From positions 1 through 52,433 of the forward strand of contig JAZKAJ010000016.1 in assembly GCA_040389185.1 (NCBI GenBank): a stretch of 52,433 nt of DNA, written 5' to 3'. The notes beneath the pieces are model-generated. The model had not been told where the DNA came from. It saw only the letters and a program-made list of their open reading frames with translations, and did no database searches. Both the position numbers and the translations under genes were made by a program. This document shows, in pieces, positions 39,539 to 49,391 of the stretch; the first letter of the stretch is position 1; each line of letters opens with the position of its first letter. This DNA is from Patescibacteria group bacterium (GTDB lineage: Bacteria > Patescibacteriota > Minisyncoccia > Phycocordibacterales > CAIRYW01).

Positions 39539-40861
39539 TTACTTTCTGACACCGTTTCCAAACAAGAATTGGGTCAGACGGTTTGTCTTCTTGAATCCAA
39601 TCGCAATGAGAAGTGTTCGAGAAACCGTGATCGCTGTAAACATACTTGTGATAACACCGATTGCAAACACAAACGAAAATCCTTTGATGAGTGCACTTGT
39701 TGCAAAGTAGTAAAGGATGATCGCTGTAATGATTGATGAAAGGTTTGAATCTCGAATTGAAAGCCATGCTCGGTGGAATCCTTCTCGAATAGCATCTTGA
39801 AGTGAAAGTCCTTTTTTGAGCTCTTCTTTCATTCTCTCAAAGATAAGGATGTTGGCATCCACAGCCATACCAATCGAAAGAATAAATCCTGCAAGCCCAG
39901 CAGTTGTAAGTGTGACAGGAATAAGCTTAAAGATCGCAAGGTTCAAAATTGTGTAGACCGCAAGAGCAATAGTCGCTACAACTCCTGGAAGTCTGTACCA
40001 GAATATAAGGAAAAGTCCGATGATAATAAAGCTCAAAATTCCCGCATACACACTCGCATGAAGTGCTCCTGCACCAAGCGATGCGCCGATTGTCTGAGTC
40101 CCAAGGAGAGCGATTGGAAGAGGAAGCGCACCATAGTTCAAATCTTGCACCAATTTCTTTGCTTCATCTGGAGTAAATTGCCCCGTGATTTGTGCCTTAC
40201 CGTCTGTGATTGCATCTCGAATAACTGGTGTTGAAAGTGGTCGTCCATCAAGGAAAATCGCGAGCACTCGTCCAATATTATTTTTTGTAAGATCACCAAA
40301 AAGTTTTGTCCCCTCATCATTGAAAGTAAGAGACACGATAGGACTATTGGTGTTTTGACTGAACTCCAAATCTGCATGAGCAAGCAACCGTCCCGTAAGA
40401 CCTGTATCAGCAAACATTTGGTCCACTGTATATTGTGTTGTTGTTGCAAGATTTTCGTTTTGAAGTTTGAATTCTAGAATTGGAGTCTTACCAATGATGT
40501 CAATCGCCTTTTGTGTATCTGTCACTCCCGGAAGTTCAACAATGAGCTTATGAACAGTTTCACCTCCAATGGTTGCATCTTCAACCTGTACAAGAGGCTC
40601 AGATACGCCGAACACATTGATTCGATTCTCGATTGTATCGCGAAGAGATGACATTGCACCCTTCACATCCGTAGGAGCAACCTTTGAGGTATCAGCTTGA
40701 TACACGAGATGTGTACCGCCATTCAAATCAAGTCCGAGTTTGAACGGAACATTGCCAAAATAGCCGTTCTTTGAGACTTCTGTATTATAAATAAAGTAAC
40801 CGCCAAATACCGCCAAAGCTAATAAAAACAATGCTGTAATTCGAATTTTTGTAGTAGACAT
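39539..40861 (-). CDS. secD: Protein translocase subunit SecD
   Basis: LGLDLNGG, GVSEP, GMAVDANILIFERMKEE, IRDSN. Confidence 0.96.
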   Translation of the reverse strand: MSTTKIRITALFLLALAVFGGYFIYNTEVSKNGYFGNVPFKLGLDLNGGTHLVYQADTSKVAPTDVKGAMSSLRDTIENRINVFGVSEPLVQVEDATIGGETVHKLIVELPGVTDTQKAIDIIGKTPILEFKLQNENLATTTQYTVDQMFADTGLTGRLLAHADLEFSQNTNSPIVSLTFNDEGTKLFGDLTKNNIGRVLAIFLDGRPLSTPVIRDAITDGKAQITGQFTPDEAKKLVQDLNYGALPLPIALLGTQTIGASLGAGALHASVYAGILSFIIIGLFLIFWYRLPGVVATIALAVYTILNLAIFKLIPVTLTTAGLAGFILSIGMAVDANILIFERMKEELKKGLSLQDAIREGFHRAWLSIRDSNLSSIITAIILYYFATSALIKGFSFVFAIGVITSMFTAITVSRTLLIAIGFKKTNRLTQFLFGNGVRK

Positions 40862-41047
40862 ACGCGATATTATACTCGCTTTGGGGCTTTTTGCAATTTA
40901 CCCACGACACCAAATTTGTGATTATTACCTTTGTTTTTATGGCTAAATTACTACTTATTTTTCCCTCTTTACACATTTTGACTTAACTATTTTATAAAAA
41001 TAGGCAATATAAAAACGATGACAAATTTGGTGTCGCAGGTGAAATAA

Positions 41048-41737
41048 CTATTTTCTACCTGAAATGAACTTTTTCAAAAGCAGAATAAGAATCCATACCC
41101 CAAAAATCACGAGGACGTATTTGATCCCAATAATCTTCAAAGCATTGTCCCCTAGTGTATACACAAGCACTCCCCAAAATATATTCCAGATGACGATTCC
41201 AAAAAGTGAGTAAGCTGAAAATTTTCGAAGTGAAATATTCAAAGTTCCTGCAGCCGTTGCAATAATCGATGCAAGATTTGGCTCCCAGTAGCTAAAAATA
41301 ACTGCATTTAACCCCTGCTTCTCCAGCTTTCCTTTCGCGGTTAGAAGAGAGTGTCCGAATCCGAATTTCAAAAGTACTTTATACCAGCCATATTTGCCAA
41401 CAAAATAATTCAAAGTGTATGCAATGAAAAATGCGAGCGAGGTAACCGATACTACTGCAACCGCGCGGGGAATATCTCCAACCGATGAAATAACTCCCAG
41501 AAAAATAATAAATCCACCGGGAAAATATTGCCCGATGATAAAAAAACCTTCTATGAGGGCACCGAGAAATACAATGAGTATTCCGTAGTGATTGAAATAA
41601 TCCTTCACAATAGGAATCATCTGGTCATCACTCGGCAGCCCAAATACCTTCCACAAAAAAGCCATCGTGAGATAAATAACCAAAAGTCCAAGTGGAACTA
41701 AAAGTAGTTTAGTATATTCTTTTAACTTTGTATTCAT
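41048..41737 (-). CDS. DedA family membrane protein
   Basis: ALIEG...FPGG, YFVGKYG, AAGTLNISLRKF...W. Confidence 0.85.
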   Translation of the reverse strand: MNTKLKEYTKLLLVPLGLLVIYLTMAFLWKVFGLPSDDQMIPIVKDYFNHYGILIVFLGALIEGFFIIGQYFPGGFIIFLGVISSVGDIPRAVAVVSVTSLAFFIAYTLNYFVGKYGWYKVLLKFGFGHSLLTAKGKLEKQGLNAVIFSYWEPNLASIIATAAGTLNISLRKFSAYSLFGIVIWNIFWGVLVYTLGDNALKIIGIKYVLVIFGVWILILLLKKFISGRK

Positions 41738-41739
41738 GG

Positions 41740-42630
41740 TTACCCTTTCAACTCCTCTACCCCCTTTTCAAAATTTTCTTGTGGAATCCAACCCAGAAGT
41801 TCGCGTGCTTTAGAATTATCGGCAAGCGTATTCTTTGGCTCTATTCGTGCTGGAATAAATTCATATTCCCCACCAATAAGCTTTGCTATCTCAAGTACTG
41901 ATTTGTTATTCCCTGCTCCAATATTCACCACTTCACCTTTGCCCACCTTGTCGCTTTCCATTGCCAGCATATTCGCCCTAACCACATCTCGTACATGAGT
42001 AAAGTCACGAGTCTGTAACCCATCTCCTGTAATCGTCATCTTGAGACCATCCTTTTGTTGTTTAAGGAATCGCGCGATCACAAGAGCATATGCACCTTCA
42101 CTTGATTGTCTCGGACCGTATACATTGAAATATCGGAGTGATACAGTCTCAATCCCGTATATTGCAGACCAGATGCGGCAGATGTGCTCTCCAACATATT
42201 TTTGCATTCCATAAGGACTCAAGGGTCGTGGGAGCATCGTTTCTTGAAGTGGCATTATAGGCTGATCTCCATATGCAGAACTTGAAGCTGAATACACCAC
42301 TCGCTTCACGCCTGCAAGCTGTGCTGCAATCAAAACATTCTGAGTACCATTAATATTTACTTCATTTGTTTCAATTGGATGTTCGATTGAATATTGCACG
42401 CGTGGAAGTGCAGCAAAATGAAAAACTCCATCAATTCCTACAAATAGAGGTTTGATCTCTTCTAGATTCCGAATGTCAGCTTTGTGAAAAATTGCTTTCG
42501 GGTTGATATTGGATTCACTACCTCCCGAAAGATTATCGATGACATGCACTTCATGTCCTTCGTTTAGTAATGCATCAACCGCATTTGATCCAATAAATCC
42601 AGCCCCTCCAGTAACAAGATATTTTTTCAT
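41740..42630 (-). CDS. NAD-dependent nucleotide-sugar epimerase/dehydratase
   Basis: VTGGAGFIGS, SPYGMQK, LRYFNVYGPRQ, TRDFTHV. Confidence 0.93.
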   Translation of the reverse strand: MKKYLVTGGAGFIGSNAVDALLNEGHEVHVIDNLSGGSESNINPKAIFHKADIRNLEEIKPLFVGIDGVFHFAALPRVQYSIEHPIETNEVNINGTQNVLIAAQLAGVKRVVYSASSSAYGDQPIMPLQETMLPRPLSPYGMQKYVGEHICRIWSAIYGIETVSLRYFNVYGPRQSSEGAYALVIARFLKQQKDGLKMTITGDGLQTRDFTHVRDVVRANMLAMESDKVGKGEVVNIGAGNNKSVLEIAKLIGGEYEFIPARIEPKNTLADNSKARELLGWIPQENFEKGVEELKG

Positions 42631-42631
42631 A

Positions 42632-43570
42632 TTATTTATTTGTTAATCTTTCCTTAAAATCACTAATAATCATTTTGAGACCTTCATCGAGAGATACTTT
42701 TGGTTCAAACCCGAGCATTTCTTTGGCAAGAGATATGTCTGGCTTTCTTTTTGTAGGATCATCTTTTGGCAAATCTTTGAATTCTATTTTTGAATTACTT
42801 GCAGTAAGAGCAATAATCTTTTCTGCGATTTCAAGCATTGTAAGTTCTGACGGATTGCCGAGATTAACCGGTCCAAAAAAATCAGACTTGCTCATCATTG
42901 CCAGAAATCCATCCAATAGATCAGAAACAAAACAAAAAGAGCGAGTCTGCGTACCGTCTCCAAACATTGTAATCGGTTGATTCTGGAGCGCCTGCAATAC
43001 AAAATTTGATACAACTCTCCCATCTTCAAAATTCATCCGCGGACCATATGTGTTAAAAATCCTCACCACTTTCACATCGACATCCATTTGTTTGAATTCA
43101 TAAGCAAGAGACTCTGCCACTCTCTTGCCTTCATCATAACAACTTCGAGGACCTACCGTATTCACATTACCTTTATAAGTCTCGCGCTGAGGATGCTCAA
43201 GCGGATCACCATATATCTCAGACGTTGATGCGAGCAATATCTTTGCATTATTTTTCTTTGCAAGCTCAAGCATATTCAAAGTACCAATAAAATTAGTCTT
43301 TAAAGTATGAACAGGATCTGCCTGATAATGTTGCGGGGACGCTGGACATGCAAGATGATAGATCTCATCTATACCAGAAAGTTCAATATTATCGATCACA
43401 TCTCGATCTAGCATCGTAAGTTGTGCATTGTCTTTATATTTAGAAAGATTTACCTTTCTTCCAGTAGAAAAATTATCGAGCACAATGACTTCATTCCCCT
43501 CTTTAAGTAACCTTTCTACAAGATGAGAACCAATAAACCCAGCTCCTCCGGTTATGATTATTTTTTTCAT
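42632..43570 (-). CDS. UDP-glucuronate decarboxylase-like SDR
   Basis: IYHLACPASP, ASTSEIYGDP, RSCYDEGKR, RIFNTYGPRM. Confidence 0.93.
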   Translation of the reverse strand: MKKIIITGGAGFIGSHLVERLLKEGNEVIVLDNFSTGRKVNLSKYKDNAQLTMLDRDVIDNIELSGIDEIYHLACPASPQHYQADPVHTLKTNFIGTLNMLELAKKNNAKILLASTSEIYGDPLEHPQRETYKGNVNTVGPRSCYDEGKRVAESLAYEFKQMDVDVKVVRIFNTYGPRMNFEDGRVVSNFVLQALQNQPITMFGDGTQTRSFCFVSDLLDGFLAMMSKSDFFGPVNLGNPSELTMLEIAEKIIALTASNSKIEFKDLPKDDPTKRKPDISLAKEMLGFEPKVSLDEGLKMIISDFKERLTNK

Positions 43571-43576
43571 TTAAAA

Positions 43577-44920
43577 TTATATTCCTTCTCTCGATAAGAG
43601 AGTTTTAATCGTTTTTAATGCGATGATTATATCAAGTGGAAACGAACGATTCTTAACATAGAATAAATCATATGAAAGCTTGTTCTTTGTCTCCTCGATA
43701 TCAATATCATGATGTGGATGTTCTCCGTATATTTGAGCCCATCCTGAAAGTCCCGGCTTTATCATATGTCTAATACCATAATATGGAAGCTCTTTGGAGT
43801 ATGCATCAACAGCTTTTCTAAATTCAGGTCGAGGTCCAATAAGTGATACATCACCTCTTAAAACATTTAAAAACTGTGGGAATTCATCTATTCGAGTCTT
43901 TCTCAAAAATTTACCGACTTTTGTCACCTCGTTTTTTCTCCCATCTACAAGTTCCCCGGCATTTGCATAAGTCATTGTCCTGAATTTGATGAGTCTTATT
44001 GATCTGCCAAATTGTCCTACTCGATCCTGAAAACTAAAAAGGGTATCCCCGCCTTCAATTTTTAGGAGAATTGTAGCAAGCAATGTAAACGGCAACGTAA
44101 GTATAAGGCCCACAACACTTAATAAAACATCCATAAATCTTTTCATGGCATCATAAAATGCATGAGGAGTAGTGGAAAAATTCTCCAAAAACCAACTGTA
44201 CTGGAGTTGGGAAACAGGTAGTCTATCGAAGACGTCTTCGTATAAATCATAAAAATCTATAAAAATCATCTTTAAAAAGATAAGCTTGTAGAGATCAGGC
44301 AGAATTGGTGAGACCATGGAAGATCGGGAATCAATTATGATTACTTTGATTTTTTCCAATTTAATAAGTCTTCCTATTTCTTCGATACCTAGACCTTTGA
44401 TAGCCTCCGTGTCGATGATTCGAGCTACACGAAAACTATACTGAGTATTTTGGTTGATCTCATCACGGAGACCCTCTGCATTTGGACCACCCGCGATCAT
44501 GAGTGCATTTGATTTTGTCTTTACTGAAAAAAGAGATACTGCGTACACTCTCCAAATGAATGAAAGTGCTAACGAAATAATGATGTAGAAGAAGAGTATA
44601 GTCTTCGGAGCAACGCCAAAATATGGAAGCGAATAAAAGAAAAGGATCGCAACAATACTGTTGAAGATCTGAGTCTTCAACAGTAGCTCCGGAAGTCTTT
44701 TTCTCTTTGCAATTCTCTGCTTTTCATAAAGTCCTGCAATGAAGAAAAAAATAATCCATATAATGGATATGATAGAAAATGGTATTGCAAGACTATAAAG
44801 CGTATCGAACGAAGGGGTCTCAAAATTTCTGATCAAAAGAGAAAGCCAAAGAGCCACAAAAAAGGCTACAATATCCCCTAAAAGCAGTATAAGTGATTCC
44901 TTTTTGTTTCCGGTACGCAT
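43577..44920 (-). CDS. Polyprenyl-phosphate phosphoglycosyltransferase (sugar transferase)
   Basis: N-terminal TMs; KRFMD, KFRTM, LRKTRIDEFPQ, GPRPE, KPGLSGWAQI. Confidence 0.93.
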   Translation of the reverse strand: MRTGNKKESLILLLGDIVAFFVALWLSLLIRNFETPSFDTLYSLAIPFSIISIIWIIFFFIAGLYEKQRIAKRKRLPELLLKTQIFNSIVAILFFYSLPYFGVAPKTILFFYIIISLALSFIWRVYAVSLFSVKTKSNALMIAGGPNAEGLRDEINQNTQYSFRVARIIDTEAIKGLGIEEIGRLIKLEKIKVIIIDSRSSMVSPILPDLYKLIFLKMIFIDFYDLYEDVFDRLPVSQLQYSWFLENFSTTPHAFYDAMKRFMDVLLSVVGLILTLPFTLLATILLKIEGGDTLFSFQDRVGQFGRSIRLIKFRTMTYANAGELVDGRKNEVTKVGKFLRKTRIDEFPQFLNVLRGDVSLIGPRPEFRKAVDAYSKELPYYGIRHMIKPGLSGWAQIYGEHPHHDIDIEETKNKLSYDLFYVKNRSFPLDIIIALKTIKTLLSREGI

Positions 44921-45074
44921 AAATATTTATAAGATTAATTTTGGGATAGATCCAAGATTATGTTATAGTATATTAACATAAAGCTTCAGTATACGGAATC
45001 GGCAGATAAATAAGAACATATTTAAACACAACCTCAAAAAGAGGTTATTTATATTTAGAAATCAAACGTTTTTC

Positions 45075-46232
45075 ATGAAAGAAAAGAAAAAGATCATTTT
45101 TGTAATAACTAAGTCTGTCTGGGGTGGAGCAGGACGCTATGTGTTTGACCTCGCAAAGGCATTTCATGCTAAGGGATACGACGTAAAAGTTGCTATGGGA
45201 GGCAATGGACTTTTGGCAAAACGACTACAAGAAGCACAAATTCATACTATAGAAATCCCAGGGCTCGCACGAGATATTGCCGTCACAAATGAGTTCAAAG
45301 CATTTCTTTTTCTTATTAAACTTTTTAGAAAAGAAAAACCTGACATCATTCACCTCAATAGCTCAAAAGCAGGACTTGGAGCACTCGCTGGGCGACTGGC
45401 CGGCGTGAGAAAAATCGTTTTTACTCTCCATGGACTCGCATTAAATGAAGATCGACCATGGTGGCAAAAAATAATTATTACAGAGATCTACCGTATTACC
45501 ATACATCTTTGTCACATCACGATAGCAGTTTCAAATGCCGTCTCTAATCAACTCACCAAAAGACTACCGAGGGCTAAGAAAAAAATCACCGTCATTCATA
45601 ATGGTGTATCAATTGAGCACCTCTTCCCAAGAACGGAAGCCAAAGAAAAACTTATCGATCTTATTCGTGAGCAAGGAAAATCCTCTGACCTTCAGATTGC
45701 ATCACTCTTTATCGGTAATGTTGCCGAACTTCACTCTATTAAGGGACAAACATATCTTCTTGAAGGGTTTCGCGAGGCACTCAGCGATTCCGCCCTCCCC
45801 CTCTATCTATTTATTATGGGTGAGGGAGAGGAACGATCACATCTGGAGGAAAAGATAAAAGAACTTAGACTTGAAGGCCACGTATTTCTATGTGGTCATG
45901 TAAAAAATGCAATACACTATCTAAAGGCGTTCGACATATTTATCCTTCCTTCTCTCTCCGAGGCTTTACCATATGCCATAGGCGAAGCTGGATGTGCCAG
46001 TCTTCCGGTGATTGCATCAGCTGTCGGAGGTATCCCAGAAGTAATTGAAGATGGTGAAAACGGTATACTTATAAAACCAAAATCAATAACCGATATCACA
46101 GATGCAATTTTAGAGCTCGTATTTGACCCTGTTATGAGAAAAACTCTAGGCAGTAACCTCCATAAAAAAATAAGTGAGGAATTCTCTATCCAGAAAATGG
46201 TGGAAGAGACCGAAAAGCTATATCGAAAATAA
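45075..46232 (+). CDS. Glycosyltransferase family 4
   Basis: WGGAGRY, KGQ, PSLSEALPYAIGEA, VGGIPEVI. Confidence 0.93.
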   Translation: MKEKKKIIFVITKSVWGGAGRYVFDLAKAFHAKGYDVKVAMGGNGLLAKRLQEAQIHTIEIPGLARDIAVTNEFKAFLFLIKLFRKEKPDIIHLNSSKAGLGALAGRLAGVRKIVFTLHGLALNEDRPWWQKIIITEIYRITIHLCHITIAVSNAVSNQLTKRLPRAKKKITVIHNGVSIEHLFPRTEAKEKLIDLIREQGKSSDLQIASLFIGNVAELHSIKGQTYLLEGFREALSDSALPLYLFIMGEGEERSHLEEKIKELRLEGHVFLCGHVKNAIHYLKAFDIFILPSLSEALPYAIGEAGCASLPVIASAVGGIPEVIEDGENGILIKPKSITDITDAILELVFDPVMRKTLGSNLHKKISEEFSIQKMVEETEKLYRK

Positions 46233-46289
46233 TAATCGATCAACAATTTTCTCTGTATATTCATAATCAAATTATGATATAATCTTTTT

Positions 46290-46580
46290 ATGTCCCTCCA
46301 ATTTGAAGATCAAAATAATTTGATTATAAAACGGAATCCCTATTCCCAAAATTACGGATATATCACCTCTCTTATATTTAAATTTCACCTTGCCAAAAGT
46401 GAAAAATCAGCGAACAGAATGCTTATCATAATCGCGAGTATTGCCATCCTCCTCGCGTTAGTCTTTGCTGGTTACAATATATATAAACTAAACAAACCCG
46501 TTAAAGTAAAATACAATGTCTCACAGGATGTTTTCAAAAAATTACCTCAAAATATTCAAATTAAAATACTCACCGAATAA
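46290..46580 (+). CDS. Small single-TM protein preceding the pilin gene
   Basis: One TM; abuts pilin ATG; TGnTATAAT 6 nt upstream. Confidence 0.7.
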   Translation: MSLQFEDQNNLIIKRNPYSQNYGYITSLIFKFHLAKSEKSANRMLIIIASIAILLALVFAGYNIYKLNKPVKVKYNVSQDVFKKLPQNIQIKILTE

Positions 46581-48164
46581 ATGAGCAAGATTATAAAAAC
46601 AAAAAGAAATTTAGGATTTACTTTGATTGAGCTTATGGTTGTTGTTGCAATAGTTGCACTGCTTGCAAGTATTGTTATGGTGTCTCTCAGCACTGTTCGT
46701 GATAGAGCAAAGGATGCAAAGACACAGACTGAATTTCATTCGATTCAACTAGCACTCGAAAGTTATAATTCAAATCATGGAGGATATCCAAATCCAAACA
46801 GCGACTCTACGCCAACGCCATACTGTATCGGAGCTACAGACTGCTTATTTGCAGGACTTCCTATTACTACACAATTCCCTGATGTAGACGATACTGTCTC
46901 TAAAAATCGATCAAATCTTGCATCTGCAGTGCAACTTTTTCCTTCATATACCAATAGCATTTCTTACTCCGATTCCGGAGGAAGAGAAAATAAAGGCTAT
47001 ATATATATTTCATGCGGTAACGGAGAATCAATATGCCCCGATGATACTGCCGTAATTGCCTACCCTACCACATCCGCAGTCAAATTTGTGAATGTGGGCA
47101 CATTTGATGTAGCCGTCTGCGGACTCGCACAATGCCAAGATAATTATGGACATAATTGTGGCAATGGTTCTGAAGACTGTTCTAATTTCTCAAATGATTC
47201 AGAATCTTGTGCCTATGATCCAAACGGAACTAGAACTGAAGTGGGTGATAAATGTATCTGTGATGGTACAAATAATTGTGCTTCGTATTGCAGTACTGAC
47301 AACACTTCATGCAACTATGACGGAAACGGAACAAATCCAACATGTGATTATAGTTGCCAGAACACAACATGTAATGATTCCAATGCATGCAATAATGGAT
47401 CAAGTGGTGCATGTGATTATAATTGTAATTGCAGTACTGATACTACAGCATGTAACTATAATTCATCAGGTACAGGGACTTGTGATTATAGTTGCCAAAC
47501 TATAACCTGTAACGATATCAATGCATGCAATAACGGATCGAGTGGTGCCTGCGATTATAGCTGTAAATGTAACTCTGACGGAAATGCCTGCAACTACAGT
47601 CAATACGGTACTGGTGGTTGTGAATATACAAGTTGTCACTCATATTCTTGCCAAGGAACACCTAATTGCGGTGGAGATTTATCAACCTGCGGAAATGTGG
47701 CTGGGTGTTACTGGGGTGGCGGATCATCAGATTCTTGTTCAGGCACACCTAATTGTAACGGGGATTCTTCTACTTGTGGAAATGTAAGCGGATGTAGTTG
47801 GGGTGGCGGAACTGCAGGATATTGTTCTGGTGTGCCCAATATCTCATGTACTGGTGATGAAAATACATGCAATGATGTTTCTGGTTGTAATTGGGACGGA
47901 TACTCTTGTAACTTAACATTGTCATGTGATGGTGATAGCTCTAGTTGTGGAATGACCTCCGGATGCAGTTGGCAAAGTGGTTCAAGTGACTATTGTTCAG
48001 GTAATCCTTACGGCAGTTGTAATGGAGATTCTTCTTCATGTGGAAATCAGAGTGGATGCAGTTGGGGAGGAGGAAGTCCTGATTACTGCACAGGATCACC
48101 TTCTGACTCTTGTAATGGTGATGCTTCTAATTGTAGTAATAGAAGTGGGTGTAGTTGGCAATAG
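46581..48164 (+). CDS. Type IV pilin-like protein with long Cys-rich repeat C-terminus
   Basis: Class III signal G|FTLIELMVVVAIVALLASIV; ~350 aa of Cys/Gly/Ser/Asn repeats. Confidence 0.88.
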   Translation: MSKIIKTKRNLGFTLIELMVVVAIVALLASIVMVSLSTVRDRAKDAKTQTEFHSIQLALESYNSNHGGYPNPNSDSTPTPYCIGATDCLFAGLPITTQFPDVDDTVSKNRSNLASAVQLFPSYTNSISYSDSGGRENKGYIYISCGNGESICPDDTAVIAYPTTSAVKFVNVGTFDVAVCGLAQCQDNYGHNCGNGSEDCSNFSNDSESCAYDPNGTRTEVGDKCICDGTNNCASYCSTDNTSCNYDGNGTNPTCDYSCQNTTCNDSNACNNGSSGACDYNCNCSTDTTACNYNSSGTGTCDYSCQTITCNDINACNNGSSGACDYSCKCNSDGNACNYSQYGTGGCEYTSCHSYSCQGTPNCGGDLSTCGNVAGCYWGGGSSDSCSGTPNCNGDSSTCGNVSGCSWGGGTAGYCSGVPNISCTGDENTCNDVSGCNWDGYSCNLTLSCDGDSSSCGMTSGCSWQSGSSDYCSGNPYGSCNGDSSSCGNQSGCSWGGGSPDYCTGSPSDSCNGDASNCSNRSGCSWQ

Positions 48165-48189
48165 CTTATCTTAAAGAATAAAACCATAT

Positions 48190-48239
48190 ACAAAAGACAA
48201 AAACTCGCTGCAATATTGCAGCGAGTTTTTGTCTTTTGT
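48190..48239. terminator. Perfect 50-bp palindrome; bidirectional terminator
   Basis: ACAAAAGACAAAAACTCGCTGCAAT|ATTGCAGCGAGTTTTTGTCTTTTGT between convergent genes. Confidence 0.85.
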
Positions 48240-48245
48240 GATTAA

Positions 48246-49376
48246 CTACATTCCCAAGAATTCATTCTTGATCAGATCTCTATGTGCCTCTCTCCTGTAG
48301 CGGCGCATTCCCATAAGTATCCCGAGCGCAGTAAAAGAAATAAGTAAATGCGATCCGCCGTAGCTTACAAACGGAAGCGGAATTCCTGTAACCGGCATCA
48401 CTCCCATATTCATACCAACATTGATGATAAAATGCCCAATGAACATTATTGCAACTCCGGAAGCAAAAAGTATTTCAAAATTGGTCTCCCCTTTTTGAGC
48501 ATTATCCATAATACGAAATATCAAAAGTCCAAATGATCCTATAAGAAAAAGTACCCCGATAAATCCCCATTCTTCAGCGAATGCAGCAAAGATAAAGTCC
48601 GTTTCATATTCAGGAAGAAAGTTTAGTCGAGATTGAGTTCCATATCCAATCCCTTTTCCAAGGAATGCTCCAGATCCTACAGCAATAGTTGACTGATACG
48701 AGTTGTATCCTGCTCCACGCACATCTGCAAGTGGATTTAAGAATGTCTTGATACGGTTCTTTTGATAATCTTTAAATACATAGACCCAAAGCCCTGCGAA
48801 TGTCACCGCACCAATAAGTACCACTGTGAATAGATGCTTCTTTGAAATACCTGCAAGAAGAATCATTCCAAACCAAATAAAAAAAAGAATGATTCCGAGT
48901 CCCAAATCTGGCTGCAACATCACCAAGAAAAAGAGTCCGAATGCGTAAAGACCAGACACAAAAATATGTTTTATATTCCCTATCTCAACATGCCTTTTTG
49001 AAAAGTATTTTGAAAGCACCAAAATAAGTGCGAGTTTTGCAAAGTCTGCCGGCTGAAAAGAAAAGAAACCAAAATCGATCCAGCTTTTTGCCCCCTTGAT
49101 AGTTCGTCCTACAAGAAGCACCAAAACAAGAACTGACACTGCAGTGAGATATACTGCGACGACGGGTCCGGTCTTTCGAAAGAATCTAAAATCAACAAAG
49201 CTCAAAATAAAAAAAATAACAAATGAGACACAGATCCAAAGTAGCTGTTTTGAAAACACATTACTCTCTCCTGTAAATGAATACATAGTAACAAGCCCAC
49301 CCGTTACAAGAGGAATAATTGAACCCACAAGAATCCAGTCCATTGAATGAAATGCCTTTGATATTTTTTGAACCAC
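48246..49376 (-). CDS. rodA: SEDS peptidoglycan glycosyltransferase RodA
   Basis: GAKSWI, FQPADFAK, LQPDLG, LPEYETDFIF, LPFVSYGGS. Confidence 0.9.
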   Translation of the reverse strand: MVQKISKAFHSMDWILVGSIIPLVTGGLVTMYSFTGESNVFSKQLLWICVSFVIFFILSFVDFRFFRKTGPVVAVYLTAVSVLVLVLLVGRTIKGAKSWIDFGFFSFQPADFAKLALILVLSKYFSKRHVEIGNIKHIFVSGLYAFGLFFLVMLQPDLGLGIILFFIWFGMILLAGISKKHLFTVVLIGAVTFAGLWVYVFKDYQKNRIKTFLNPLADVRGAGYNSYQSTIAVGSGAFLGKGIGYGTQSRLNFLPEYETDFIFAAFAEEWGFIGVLFLIGSFGLLIFRIMDNAQKGETNFEILFASGVAIMFIGHFIINVGMNMGVMPVTGIPLPFVSYGGSHLLISFTALGILMGMRRYRREAHRDLIKNEFLGM

Positions 49377-49391
49377 AGTTTTTTTGTTTAT

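Noticed and set aside
47280-48164. CRISPR array or DGR template/variable repeats
   Set aside because: Repeats are in-frame protein repeats diverging at synonymous sites; no constant repeat-spacer pattern, no cas or RT gene, no adenine-specific variation seen
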